A stretch of DNA of 64,000 bases from Octopus sinensis (GCF_006345805.1 NC_043005.1:38378001-38442000); one strand, 5' to 3'; shown: positions 38,200-52,746, numbered from the stretch's first letter. A program made the numbers and translations. Notes: generated from the letters alone by a model not told the origin.

Positions 38200-41100
38200 C
38201 CATGGTCTTGTTGACAGAATTTTACGTAGCGAGAAAACAGAGCAATAAGCTAGTACAACAGCAACTACAAACACCACTCTCTCTTTCGCTACTGCCACCG
38301 AGTCCTTTTTTCAAAGCGCAAACGTTTCCGAGGAAGAACTCAAAAAAGCAAGACAGTTGGCAGAACGAGATAGACAAACTGTCGAACTCAACACCTCGAT
38401 CGACTCAATCCAGTGACATACCGTACTATTTGATTATAGTCGAGAAGCTGGGAAAGAGTCAATGGTGCAATATCCATAAAGCATTAAGTTCCATTTAGAA
38501 CCTAAAAGAATATATCTAAAGAGTAAGGAGTTATAAAATAGAGGAAATGAAATTTGAAACAGAGAAGGCCAAAACTCACTCTCTAAACCGCCTGAAATGT
38601 GAAAATTTCTTACTGCTGCAACAAGAGACTAGCAAGAATCCACGTCCAGCAGGTGCCGTCAGAGATAACCAGCCTTGGCTAATTGCTGAAGTTGTGGTAG
38701 ACATCGAGGAAAATACAAACATTATCGAAATCTTCCAGACCCCACCCCCAAGAAAAAGAGATCTTCCTAGAAAGGAGATAAAACTTTTCATCCAAATCAG
38801 TCAAAAAATGTGGAAGTCATCCCAGATCAGACATATGCCTCAGGTGGCATCATCATACCCATTAGAGTGAAAGAAAATGGGGTCAACTGTGACACCTGCC
38901 TTTCCACCACACACATAAGAGCACTCTGTTCAGCATTGGACAAGAAAGAGAAAAGACCCTCTCTTCTCCCAGCACCAAGAAATCCACCAACCACCACCAC
39001 ATTTCAAAAAGCAACATTATCCTCAACAACACGAGCTGCAACATCAACAAAAACAACAGAAAGACCAACTACAACAGTCGCTGAAAAACCAGTACCTCTT
39101 CCACCATAGCAACACGAAATTCTCCTAGTCACCCCTCAACTCCAATACATGACAGACGGTCAGACATGACGTGCGGCAAGTATGATCAGGACTAAAAGAA
39201 AGAGAAGAGATTAAAAGAAAAATAAATCATCAAAAGACAACGAACAAACATCATCCACACAGAAAGTGGAGAGAAAAATATAAAGGCCGCAAGTAAAAAA
39301 ACACAGCAAGGAAACTATTTATCACCATCACTGCCACAAACATCTCAAACATCTCCTCAACGACCAACACCACGAACCCATCCCAACGCACATACGCAGT
39401 AACAAAGACAACAACAACAACAACAACAGAACCAAACGCAAAGTAGAGAAAATACTACTACGTACTATAGGGCAATAAACACAAAAAATGCATCATTCAT
39501 GAAATAGATAAAAACACACAAACATCGCACAAACAGATTTTATAACATATACAATCCCCATATCTACATACAGAAAAATCATTCTAACATCATATGACAT
39601 TTACACACACCTAAAAACTAAATTCCCAAAGGCAATCGGTGACTTCCGAGGGAAGATCACGAAGCGAATACTTGGTGATATGTTGGTGAAAATACCCAAC
39701 AAAATCGAAGAGACGGCCTAATCGCTCCACCACACAAAACCATGTAAGTTTTCTTTCTCATTTTTCTTCTTATCCCAGTGACGTGGACTTGCTCAAAATA
39801 TAGGTAAGTAGTGTGAATGCCCTGGACTCACCAGTTCAACGACTTCAGATCACTGAACATCGATGGGGTGACCATCGGCGAGATCAGAATTCCTGAACAA
39901 CGATACTGCGAACCCATTTTCGGAGAATATGAGGTGTACACATCTGGGAGTAGGAGGCAGTGTCGCCGTGATGTTTCAGAAGATCCTGGATCTCGTGATA
40001 CGGGCCATCTTCCTGGATCCAGAAAATAAGCTGGTGTTCTTGAACGTGACCAGCAGCAAAAGACATGCTTTCAGGTTAGGTGCCACTTGTGGTCCAACAA
40101 GGGAAGGACAGCCAGATTTCTTCCGGCGTCTCGAAACTTTCCTAGGAGCGTCTTTTATTTACTTTTTGTGGATGGTTAGGCGGCCAGGCGGTCAGACGTT
40201 TTCCAAAACTCTCTGTGTGGCGGCTTAGGCATGTCGTGGCCTCTGATGCACGGACACGCTCTCAGGTTGCCTTACTCATGTTGCTCCACCAGTAACGATT
40301 TCTGGACGGTGAGCGTGTGTAGGCTACATTTATGAGGCACGTCTTGCCGCAGATCGGCTCTTTGACGGAGCTGTAGTCTGAGATGAAGGATAGCCCAAGA
40401 CTGGGTTTCTGCCACCTAGAATGTCGTCCGGCTCTTGCAACCCTCTACCGATGGAGAAATGGGATCGGTGGATATTCCTCTTTAGCAATACATAGAGGAT
40501 TAGTGACAAGAAGTGCGACGACGTCTCCAGGAAAAACCCTGTTCCGGAAGACTTTCCAGTCGGAGTCTACTATGTATAATTTCCAAATGTCCTTGGCCTA
40601 GCAATACTACCGAGGGGCGCTTCTGGTCAACCTTACAGGCATGAATGCGCAGCCAAATGGCCTTAGTCCGAGATGCGCTTAAATTGACGAAACCGTTCTG
40701 CACGCACCCGTTCAGTGTCTGAGCATTGCTGATCTGTGGAGTTATGTCGAATAGCTGCCGTCTCATGTGGGACGGATACGTCTATCGGCTAGGTCCATAG
40801 TGATGATTGCCTCGTCGCCCTCCCTTAATCGGACAGGTAAGGCAGTTTTCCTTTGTCTGGTGGCAGTGGCGAATGAAGCTCTCTGGTGGACGAAGCTGAA
40901 AGGCATGACAGCAGAGACTTTCCGCTTTGGTATAGCCCTCATCGACTTTTTCAAGCCTTAGTGAGGGTGGAGAGGAAGGTGTTGCCCACGAGTGAAATTT
41001 GAAAAAAAATGGCAAGAGTGGATGGTACAGCTGTAAGTATATAGGCCTGTGAGTCGGAGAAAAATAAGTGTAGAGGACACTTGCTCTTGATGTTCCGGAA

Positions 41101-41355
41101 CATCTTGGACGACGTGTTTCCTCGATTATCCCCCAAAAACCTTTCAGCATAAAGTTGATCACATCACTATCGTCTTGTTTCTCCTTCTCTGCTTTTACTG
41201 TTGTACTCTATGTATACTACTCTTCTTTGTTTTGTTGTATATCGTGTATAGTTTCTGTTTAGCTTTCATCATTTCATTTTATGTAAACCCCTATACTTTT
41301 TTCTGTTTTTGTGCTGTCCTCTCCATCCTCTACCCTTGTAGCAAATAAAAGAAAT
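38200..41355 (+). mobile_element. L1/Tx1-type LINE copy 2: ORF1, N-terminal half of APE, then post-RT and C-terminal Cys/His region and 3'UTR; RT core deleted
   Basis: CDTCLSTTHIRALC knuckle; FFRRLETFLGAS joins directly to FLW...GGLGM; PRCA*IDETVLHAPVQC; 3' end cccttgtagcaaataaaagaaat(cat)n; 5' boundary uncertain. Confidence 0.85.
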
Positions 41356-41375
41356 CATCATCGCCATCATCATCG

Positions 41376-41406
<31 letters not shown>

Positions 41407-42100
41407 TATCATCACCACCACCACCACCACCACCACCACCACCACCACTACCACCACCACCACCATAGTTGTTGTTGCTGTTGTTCAAAGATAAATATTT
41501 ACAAAGCCTGTCTTTGAATCAATAGGATATTACTTTCTGACAGTTTCTCCTCGTTAGGTGTGAATTTTTTCTAAAATTCGTACTTTTATTATATATTTTT
41601 ATATATATTTTCTCATGTATATATATATATTTTTGTAGCATAACAAAAGAGATGATCCCTATCACATTCAATAAGGAAAATCACACAGAGTTGCCTCTGC
41701 CCCCATCTCGCTGCCCCCAACCTCCCACATTACATTTCCCTTGTTCATGAAATACGCATAATCAATCAATTTGAAAACATAATCAAAATCATAAGGCTTT
41801 ATGCATTTATTTATCTATTTGTTTATTTATTTATTTATTCATTCGCGTGTGCGTGTGTATATATATGTATGTATATGTGTACACATATATATATATATAT
41901 ATATAAACATATATATATATATATATATATAATATATATATATATATGTATATATGTGTATGTATATTTTATGTATATATATATATATGTATATGTATAT
42001 ATGTGTGCGTATAAATATATATATGTACACACATGCATACACATACATATATATATATATGCATATATATTTGTATGTATGTATGTATATATATAGGTGC

Positions 42101-42160
<60 letters not shown>

Positions 42161-43089
42161 ATGTATGTATGTATATACATACATATATTATTATACAATT
42201 TTCTATCATGACCACTGAACACAGCAGTTTCAAATAAACAAGTTACCTCCTGTATATGATAAATACTGTGACACCCTATCAAGAATTGAACCAGCACAAT
42301 GTGTCTAACTGCGTTTTGCAAGTTTTTTTTATCGTGATTTTTCTCATTATAATCACACACAAACACACCCACACACAAACGCATGCAGAACCCGCCCCAC
42401 AATGTATGTAAAATTTATTCCTAGGCTTCATGTGTCATATATACTGTGACACCCTTAGCCATATCTATGTGGGTGCATTTGTATCTTTGTGTGTGAATGC
42501 AAATGTAATCAGATATATCCAGTCAATTACGTTGAAGAATTTGTAAGTATAGAAAATCATAATGGATGGCTTCCAGCGAAAGTCTTTCTGTCAACATTTC
42601 ATTTTATTATTAAAACCCAAATACAAAGCTAAAGCGTAAAACTAACCACAAACACGGTAACAAAACCCAAGAAGTAAAAAAAAAAATAACACTATAAGCA
42701 ATAAGCAAAAATACAGATATTAATGAAGTGGGATTGCACACACATACCACTGCAGAGTCACCCATGCACATACATGCCACATCTATGAATATACGCAGAG
42801 GAATGAAACCGCAAACCATTGGCATGCATGTATCAAATATACATTTGTTCTTCTGTTAATATATTACCTAAGCTTTTATTATAAATTCCGAAAAATCTTT
42901 GTATAGTTTTTATCTGAAACATGAAACAATATTTAATTTCATATCAGATCTCTAACATCGTTTGATCTCCGATAAGTTTACAAAAGGATTTCGAATGAAG
43001 TAGTGTTGAAAAGCATTGAAAGCTACATTAAGGTAGAGTAGAGATTTGCTGGGATCACATCGGTTTGTTCATGTTTTATTTCTTTATCT

Positions 43090-43535
43090 TCTATCTTTTT
43101 TTTTTGCTTCAGTCATTGGACTGCAGCCATGCTAGAGCAACGCATTAAAGGATTTTAGTCAAACAAATCGACCCAGCACGAATTCAAATCTGGTATTAAT
43201 TATATCGGTATCTTTTACCGAACCGCTACGTTGCGGGTACGTAAAGAAACTAGCAACGGTTGTCAAACGGTGGTGGAGCAAACACAAACACATGCAACCC
43301 CTTTTCTCTCCTTCACACACACATACACGCATACACACACATACACACGCACGCACACATACACACACACACACACATACACGCACACACACACACACAC
43401 AAATACGAGGGGCTGTCACACAGTTTCCATCTACCAAATTCACTCATCAGGTATTGCTCCACCTGGGACTTGCTTCAGGTGCCGCGCAGTAGAACTGATC
43501 CCGGAACCACATGGTTGCAAAGCAAGCTTCTAAAC
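43090..43535 (-). mobile_element. SINE family A, old copy
   Basis: Tail and head homology around an (AC)n tract. Confidence 0.75.
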
Positions 43536-43774
43536 CACAGAGACAGTAATTTTTATTCATTGTATACGTCTAGTGTACTGATGAAACTGGTTCTAGGAGA
43601 GCTACCACCGAATTTTTCCCTTGGACAATTCCGCCAAGTAAGAGAACATTAAGAACGAGATAAACTACGGAGCAAAAATAAGAATGAATGTGTGTGTTCG
43701 AGATTTTCTTCGTTTCTAGAAATATTTCAGCTCACTTGACGCTTCAGTTTTTACTCATATACATATTATATTCT

Positions 43775-44550
43775 TTTATTCTTTTACTTGCATCAATCAT
43801 TTGACTGCGGCCACGCTGGAGCACCGCCTTAAAGGGTTATAGTCAAAGAAATGGACCCCATTTCTTCGACTGTAACCCTAACCCAGGACTTATTCTTGTA
43901 AGCTTAGTTCTTATTCTATCGGTCTCTCTCGCTGAACTGCTAAGTTACGGATACATAAATGCACCAACATCGGTTGTCAAGCATTGATGGAGGAGCAAGC
44001 ACACACATACACTCACATATATATGTGGCCGTGTGGTAAGAAGCTTGCTTCCCAATCACATTGTTTCCGGTTCAGTCGCACTGCCGGGCAACTTGAGCAA
44101 GTGTCTTCTACTATAGCTTCGTGCCGACCAAAGCCTTGGGAGTGGATCTGGCTGACGGGAACTGAAAGAAGCCTGTCGTATATAAATTTATGTATATATT
44201 TGTGTCTTTTTGTGTTTGCCTCTCCACCATCTCTTGACAACCGATGCTGATTTGTATAAGTCACCATAATTTAACGGTTCAGCAAAAGAGGCCTATAGAA
44301 TAAGTACTAGGCATACAAAGAATTTGTTCGACTAAAACACTTTAAGACGGTGTTCCAGCATGGCCGCAGTCAAAAGACTGAAAGAAGTAAAAGAACGGGT
44401 TTCTTTCAGCTTCTGTCTACAAAATCCACTCCCTAGGATTTGGTCGACTCTAGGCTACAGTAGAAGAAATTTGCTCAAGGTGCGTCGCAGTACGACTGAA
44501 CCCGGAATTATGTGGTTAGGAAGCTAGCTTCTTATCACAGAGCCACGCCT
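43775..44550. mobile_element. Nested family-A SINEs: plus copy (44025-44395) inside a minus copy
   Basis: Minus tail 43775-44015 resumes as minus head 44396-44550. Confidence 0.8.
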
Positions 44551-46829
44551 GCATCTATATAAAAAGTAAGCTCGTTCCTGGGTTGGCTCGATCCACCAGC
44601 CTTTGGTTAAAAGCCAAACGCATTAACCGATTGTGCCACAGGGACATATATATGTTGTGAGACTCATGGTCGTAAGATTGTGGTTCCGATTCCTGGCCCG
44701 GGCGACGCGTTGTGTTCTGAGGCAAAGCACTTCATTTCATGTTGCTCCTGTTCACTCAGCTGGCACGAGTGAGTATTCCTGCAATGGACTGGTTTTCCGT
44801 CCAGGGTTAAATATATACGTCACGGAAACCGACCCTATAAGATTCGGGAAAGATCTTTATCCTATATATATATCTTTGACAGAGTTCCACACAATTTCCG
44901 TCAACCAAGTTCACTCACAACGCATTAATCGGCTTAGGGCTAGAAGATACTAACTCAAAGTGCCGTGCAGTTGAACTGAACCCCGAAACCACGCGGTTGC
45001 AAAACGAGCTTCTTAACAAGACAGTAATACTTGCGCAAAAGTGGCGAAGTTTTCACTGAATGAATCAACAATGACTGGACTACAGCCTTTGTAAAGAGGC
45101 GGAGGGAATGAGCTTTTAGTGACAGTGTGAGTAGCCTTATTCATTGAAAACTACTCGGCTAAAATTGATTTTGCTTCTACTTATAAAGCTAATACTATTA
45201 TCCAAGCACCACCCTAAACATATAAAATACTTATAGCCAGTTTTCCAATTACAAACAGGCTGAATGACTGCCTGCTCAAAAGCTATAAATACTTCATGAC
45301 AATTTTATAGGAGCTGATAATGCTTGCTGTAATGTATTGTTTCTATAAGTGTGTTGTTTCTATATCTTCAGGGTGCTTACAAGTTCGTGTTATATTGAGT
45401 CACTGATCTACTCTTCTTGTCTAGGTTGAAGTACAAAACGACAACACCAAAGTATCAAATATGTAATCTTTATTCGGTAATTGAATTCAGTTTAAAATGT
45501 ATTCCTGGTTACTTCGGACCAGCCACGACCGAGTAGAACTATGATTAAAGATACTCCGGCCTTGACCATCTCGTCGTTTTTCCAATATCATGAACAACTC
45601 CACTGCCTATGTATTCTTCATCGTTTAAGACCGTAGCGTTTAATTCGAGAAAGATTTCATTGCTTTTTTATCTCAGGTCAAACGACTGCATAGATGTTAT
45701 CGTATCGAGATAAATTTTACACATATAAATGCAGGGAGCCGAGTTTTGGATCTGCATATATCCTCACGAATTTGTGGTCGTTGCTGATTGATAATATTCT
45801 GCTGATTGACACCAGGAAAAATAATTCTTCAACTTTATGGACAGAATGAGGTTCTTGTGAAAAGACGGCAGCCTTAGTTCCCATTGAAGTTGGATGATGT
45901 AGTATTCCAGCAAGACCTGTGCGCTATTCCTTGAAGGAAATTGGTTTGGAATCCAAGGGAATAGCCATAGTGGCTGAAACAAGTTCAAGGTGATTGTGGT
46001 TGACGAGAAACCCCAGATAGAACCCTTCAGTTGGCACAGGCGAATTCAGTCCTTGTTGCCCTACTCAGGCGAAACGTATAGACTTAGACACGTAAGACTT
46101 GAGGCTCTGAGATATTCGTTGAAAATAACAGAAGAGTTCGAAACAAACAATGCGATAGTCAACATCTAGAGAAAGAGTATGCAACATTATTAAGTAGTTT
46201 CTGAAGTTTCTGCTAGGGGTAAAGCATCCTCTGTATTTATTTCACTGACGTGAACGTTGTGTGGGTTGGTGGTCGTAAATTGTTTTGAAGATGTTAATTC
46301 CTGGTAAATAAATTAGCCAGAACGATTTTAACACTATAGCGACAATGATCTTTACATCAATATTCCACTTGATTCAAAAGATGAAATAAGTGCTGATTCT
46401 AGGAGTGGTTTCTTTGAAAGAATTGGCACTAATGGGTTTTACTGAAACCAGAAATGTCTTTAAAAGGCTTGGTGCTGTATTTTCTTTCTTTTCTTATTTC
46501 TTTCATTTTTGTCTTTCTTCCCTCCTTTTTTTCCCTGTTTGGTGAGTCTATTGTTTGTCAACGTTTACTACCTCAGTCTCGTTTCTCCTTATTTTTTGTC
46601 CTTTATGAATGTTCAGTCCTGTCTCTGTGTAAATTAGTGATTGAAAGTTACTCATTGACCTTTAGTCAACAAAATGAAAGACAAAAACAGTATAATTCAG
46701 TGTCATTTATTGATGTAGAGGAATCGGTAAAGCCAATATTTGTCGACCTACTTTGCAGTCCATACTGGCTTTTACCTATGTCTTTAGTAATCACTCACAT
46801 ATAGTAATGTAATCGTTTCTAATTTAGTT

Positions 46830-47470
46830 ATAAAGCCAGCAATTTTGAAGGGAAGAGGTTTAGCAATTACACCGATCCCAGTACTAGACTGATTCTTGTC
46901 TTTTTTTCTTTTTTTGATCTTGGTAGAATAAAGATAAAAACAGTATAATTAAAGTTAACATTGACAGAATTTCAACACAGAATATAAAGATACGGACCAA
47001 ATACCACAGAGTATGGTCCGACTTTCTAATGTCTCTGTCAGCTCGAACACAAGGCAAGCAGTTTTAAAGTGAGGTACAGTAGTCCCTACCATCGAATCCA
47101 GTACTTGACTGATACATTATTTTGTGGATCCTAGAGGGATGAAAGGGAAAGTTAACATCGGCAGAATTTGAGCACAGAATGTAATGCGCCAGAATAAATT
47201 CTGCAGAGCATTTGGTCCGATACTCTAACGATTCTGCTAGTTCACCAAAACATATTGTCAATACTGTTACTAGTTTAGGTAAAAGGTCAGCAGTTTCAAC
47301 AGCTGGAGTTAGTCGATTGTATAGTGTGGTTATATTATTTTATCGATCTCGATGGGTGAATGAAAGACAAAGATGACCTTGGAGGGATTTAAAATCAGAA
47401 TATAGAGAGATGGAACAATACTCTAACGAATCTTTATTCGACACTCTAATAATTATGCCAGTTCTCCATC
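46830..47470. mobile_element. Three old family-B SINE copies (two minus, one probably plus)
   Basis: gggatgaaagggaaagttaacatcggcagaatttgagc etc.; orientation of the third copy less certain. Confidence 0.65.
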
Positions 47471-48854
47471 ACACCTCTGTATGATAATAACCGATATAAA
47501 TATTAACTGGCTGGTTGTTTGGTTGAATCCGCCAGTCATGCTTTACATTGTACGGAGAAACGGAGCGAGAGGGAGAGAGAAATAAAGAGAGTTAACATAA
47601 GAGGTGCATGGTTTGATGGAGGGCAATGAGTAAAGGAATATTAAACACACACACAATGTGCGATAAAGAATCATAAAAACAGAAGAGGAAGAGAAGGAAC
47701 AGAAAGAGGAGTGAATGGCAGAGTAATTATGGGAGGCGTTCAAGTTTTACAGAGATTGGTTTTCGATGGTTGTGTTGATGAAATTTAGAAAAATAATAAC
47801 GTATATTTACTTCAAATATACAAATGAGAAGTCGTTTGATTTGATTTTATTCTAAGGTAATATCTTCAAAAACTTAGCATTCAAAGCATCATTTTGTATA
47901 AGTATCAGAAAATTTGATAAACGTTAAATTATAATTTTGTAGCTATTATGCATAGTGGTAAAATTATACTTCCAAAGTTACCCGTCATATGATGGGTAAC
48001 ATGCAAGTATAGTAATAATGGCTGGCCACTTGTCGTATTGCTTATATTAGCAAAAGGGTTTGTTTTCTGGCAGTGACAGTTCTCGAATAACGCCTAAAGA
48101 GGAACTGAAACGAACAACCACAATTTAGATTTTTAAAACATATGCAATGTGGTCGAATGGTTAAAATGATATGTTTGCAACCTTCAACCAGTGTTCGAGC
48201 TTTCGATCCTACTGTGTGTAATCTGGGGTAAATGTTATTTTCTATATCCGCAGGTAGACTCATAACTTGTGAGAAAATATGGGTAGACGGAAACTGTATG
48301 GAAGTCCATTGGAAGAATTTGTTCCTGGAATTCTAACGGTACAAACTTATCACACTCTATGTGATGCTGATTCCGCGTGATAATTATTGTAATCATTCCT
48401 ATCGAGTGATGTCGCTAATGAAAACGTCAACACTTTAATAATTGGGCAGATTCATTAATCCAATAACTATGAAATATTTCTGGGTAGTAACAACAACACT
48501 CGTATCTGTGTGAATAACTTCCCGTCCAAGGTTTTATTCAGATGCGTGACAAACGAACTCATACAGTGAGTACACAATGTTCAATAAAGTTATCTGGGAT
48601 GAACAAAAGGTTCTGAACAACTTGCCATGTTCCATGATAACATTGAGAAGACAGAAGTAATTTAAACTACAAGATTTACTTTCCACAGGCACTAGACATA
48701 GTATACCATACCGAGCTGCTGGTAGGAATTGAATATCGAATTCACTAACATGCCTGGGCAAAGCTAAAATTATAAAGGGGAGAAACATTTGTTGTAAGAT
48801 TTATCACAAAATTAGAGATTCGATTCATAAACAAGTGTGACATGCGAATAAATA

Positions 48855-49285
48855 CGTTATGTTAAGGATATACGTTATGTTAAGGATATACGTTATGTTA
48901 AGGATATATGTTTGCAAAAGGGACATGAAGGCCTGCAACATCAATATTAGCGGTTGGGAGGCAGTTGCCGGCAACCGTGGAGAATGGCGACGTACCGTAA
49001 AAGAGGGAATACAAAGGAGTGACAGAGAGAGAGAGAGAGAGGAGAAATGGAAAGAAAAGAAGAGACGACAACAAGAGACTATGGCATTACAACCAGCCAG
49101 GAACAGTCTTCGCTACATTTGCGGTACCTGCCAGAGGGAGTGTTTGTCCAGGATAGGACTACACAGCCACAGCAGGAAATGTATTAGGACATGAAATGTA
49201 AAAGCCGGACTAAGCCTAGTCCGGCTTTTATATGCTCAACTCCATTGTCTCCCGAGACAGAAAGGATGACAACAACAACAACCAA
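48855..49285 (+). mobile_element. RTE (BovB-like) LINE 3' end, 5'-truncated
   Basis: VCKRDMKACNI...WEAVAGNRGEWR...ICGTCQRECLSRIGLHSHSRKC; tail ccattgtctcccgagacagaaaggatg(aca)n. Confidence 0.9.
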
Positions 49286-49983
49286 TATGTTTGTGGAATA
49301 CTCAGCCACTTATCTCTTAATTTAGGCGCAAATTATTTTAGTTAATCGGGCAATCGAATCCACATCGTCGAACGACGGAGATCCACTAACCCCTTTTATT
49401 CTACGGTGATTTCTCTGTTCAGAAGGAAACGAACATAAAAATAAATTAAAACAGAACGGTTGTGAATAAGAACGAAAATAAAACGAAACGAACAGATCGA
49501 GAAAAATCAAACTCGCAAGTTGGCAACTAAGGACTATAATTATTTCGACATTACTTTCATACAGATGATGCATTAAAGTCTTTTACTGGTTTTAGTCATT
49601 GGACTGCGGCCATACTGGAATATCGCCTTCAAGAACTTTTACTTTGTCATGTTTATTTTCTGTGATTATTGGTCTGCTATCTTATTTTAAAGTTCTTTGT
49701 TTTATTGCGTCGCTAAGTTAGACTTTGACGTAAAGGAACATAATATAAACAACACCGGATTTTAGGCTGCTGTAAACAACACACAAACACACACATACAT
49801 ATATATACATACATGCATACATACATACATACATACATACACGCTTGCAAAAATACACCTACACACGTATGCAATGATATATAATTAACTATTTACGCGT
49901 AAACATATATACTTTTGCTACACACACATACATTTATAACTATATATATACCTATATATCTACATACCTACATATATTCCTAG

Positions 49984-50019
<36 letters not shown>

Positions 50020-50219
50020 TCTTTTACTCTTTTACTTGTTTCAGTCATTTGACTGCGGCCATGCTGGAGCACCGCCTTTAGTCGAGCAAATCGACCCCGG
50101 GACTTATTCTTTGTAAGCCAGGTACTTATTCTATCGGTCTCTTTTGCCGATCCGCTAAGTGACGGGGACGTAAACGCACCAGCATCGGTTGTCAAGCAAT
50201 GCTAGGGGGGACAAACACA

Positions 50220-50275
<56 letters not shown>

Positions 50276-50447
50276 CATATATACGACAGGCTTCTTTCAG
50301 TTTCCGTCTACCAAATCCACTCACAAGGCATTGGTCTGCCCGGGGCTATAGCAGAAGACACTTGTCCAAGACGCCATGCAGTGGTACTGAACCCGGAACC
50401 ATGTGGTTGGTAAGCAAGCTACTTACCACACAGCCACTCCTGCGCCT
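50020..50447 (-). mobile_element. SINE family A, young copy
   Basis: Near-identical to the other young copies. Confidence 0.9.
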
Positions 50448-51319
50448 ATCTATATATATATATATATACACACATGACTCATACATACCTACATGTATAT
50501 GTACATACCTATGTATATACCTATAAGCATACAAGGGGAACTACTACAAGCCGATCTAGTGGTTTTCTGACACTGCGATCTGGTTTCAAATCCCGCGGAT
50601 GTCACTTTTGATTTCTTTCATCCTTCCAACATCGATCAAATAAAGTATCAGTTAAGTACTATAACCGATGTAACCGACTAAACCCATCCACTAAAAATGC
50701 TGACCTTGTGCCTAAATTAGAAATAAATATATTATGGGTATTTTATAAATCGTGAAAATTCCGAAAGCCAACGTGAATTCCGAATTTGAACATAAAACAG
50801 CGGGATCAAAATACCGGTACAGGAATATGAAATTAGCTGCTCTCCCCATCATGTCTGTCATTTGAACAGCTCTCATAAAAATTATTATTTCTTGCCCAAG
50901 ACCTTAAAATTAGAGAAACAAGGGAGTTCGATTATATGATATCAAGCGATTTGAATGCGGTCGCTGCAATCGGGAAATGGAAGAGTGTTGCACTCTCAGC
51001 TCATTGGTGATAATCTCTATTTTAAGTTATTTCACCGTTCGTGATGAAAAAAAAAATATTTGGAATACAAGCATGAATTAATAGCAAAATTTGTTACATT
51101 ATTATTCAAGTGCTTAAAATATCCAGTAGAGATCAATTAACGGGCCACAGGAATCTGACGAAAGACTTTGAATACAGAAGTGGATCGTAAAAATCAGTAC
51201 TTGTGTGTGTGTGTTTATTGGCTTTCAACATCAACACAAGGACATAAATTAGAGGAGGGAAGATCGATTAGGTCGACTTCAGGAATAATACTTATTTTAT
51301 CGACCATATAATAGTAAAA

Positions 51320-51570
51320 GTGTGTGAAGCAGTTTGAACTAGTAGTTAGAGTATTGCACTCATGATCGCAAGAACGTGGTTTCGATTCCCAGACCAGGCG
51401 ATGAATTATGTTGTTGAGCAAAACATTTCATTTCATGTTGCGTTAGTTCACTTAGCTGTAAATGAGTAACTCTGCGAAGGACTAGCATCTTATTCAGGGG
51501 ACGGGGTTGTTGCGATCTCGATTACTTCTACGCAATGGAAATTGGGGAACAGACTCTATGAGCCCCATGA
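51320..51570 (+). mobile_element. Family-C-like SINE, old
   Basis: gtggtttcgattcccagaccaggc...ttgagcaaaacatttcatttcatgttgc. Confidence 0.65.
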
Positions 51571-51802
51571 CTCGAGACAATAAGATACTGAGAAATTAAT
51601 TTTAAAGACGTGGATCCATAATCACCAAGAAAGTAGGCCATTTTAAAGATCAGCGAAGAATTTAGCAATGAATAACAACTAGGTCTGTTCAACTGCGCGG
51701 CACTTAGAGTAAGAGCCTGCTACTATAGACTCAGGCCAACCAATACCTTGTGAGTGAATTCGGAAGAAGTCCGTTGTATATACCTGTGTGTTTGTGTGTG
51801 TA

Positions 51803-51854
<52 letters not shown>

Positions 51855-52294
51855 CTCTTAAAAAATAATAGAGTCGATTTGTTTGGCTAAGCGCTTCTAG
51901 GTAGTGTCCCCTCTATGGCTGCACTCCAATGACTGAAACAAGTTAAAAATAAAAAGTAAAAGACGGTATGGATGAAGATGTTTTGAAGAGAAAACTGGCA
52001 ATCCTGTTATGTGAGATTCCAGATGAATCTATTCCACAGCAAGGAATACAAATGAAGGTAGAAACACCTATCTCCCTCACTTACCCCACCAAAATAAAAG
52101 CCAAAAACAAAATACACAAGTTAAGAAGATTTAGTAAAAAGAAATGTGTAGCAAAAATAATGGTGGTGCCCCAACATGGCCACGATTCGCAAGCCGAAGC
52201 AGATGAAAACGTCATAGAGTAATAATTAATACTAAATAGACACTGTATCATGGAACTGATGCAGTAGTAATTCACTTTAATATAACAAGAGAGG

Positions 52295-52510
52295 AAGGTG
52301 GTGAGCTGGCAGAACCGTTAGTACGCTGGGTAAAATGTCTAGTGGCATTTCGGCCGTCTTTACGTTCTGAGTTCAAATTCCGCCGGGGTCGACTCTGCAT
52401 TTTAGCCTTTCAGGGTCTTATAAAATAAGTACCAGTTGAGCACTGGGGTTGATGTAAACTGACTTATCCACTCCCCGAAATTGCTGCCCCTGTACCAAAA
52501 TATGAAACCA
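52295..52510 (+). mobile_element. SINE family B
   Basis: aaggtggtgagctggcagaaccgttag...gagttcaaattccgccggggtcgac. Confidence 0.9.
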
Positions 52511-52673
52511 ATATAACAAGAGTGGAATGTATTCGGAATATCAATTTAATAAAAGACTTTAAATGGATATATAAACTTCGAGAGAATGGAGAATAATTCC
52601 TTATCGGAACGATGAATCTCGAAGCAGAAAAAGCTAGGTTGAAAAACCTTTGGGATAAAAAAAAAAATTGAAG

Positions 52674-52746
52674 ACTTCCTGTAGGACTCGAATCCACATT
52701 TCCCATAAACAAGGAAAGTGTTCTACCATCGGGAGCAAAGCAAGCC
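52674..52746 (-). pseudogene. tRNA-like cloverleaf (pseudo-tRNA or SINE head) followed by a T-run
   Basis: GGCTTGC-TT-TGCTCCCGATGGTAGAAC...TTTCC/GGAAA...GTGGATTCGAGTCCTAC-AGGAAGTC. Confidence 0.6.

Noticed and set aside
41110-41150. CTGAAAG...GAAACACGTCGTC on the minus strand
   Set aside because: Core mismatched, no stem II, and it lies in antisense LINE 3'UTR
43565-43625. CTGATGA...ACCACC-GAAT as a hammerhead
   Set aside because: Stem I and stem III not convincingly formed
45890-45930. VVFQQD resembling a Tc1/mariner catalytic motif
   Set aside because: No downstream WPxxSPDL motif or TIRs found
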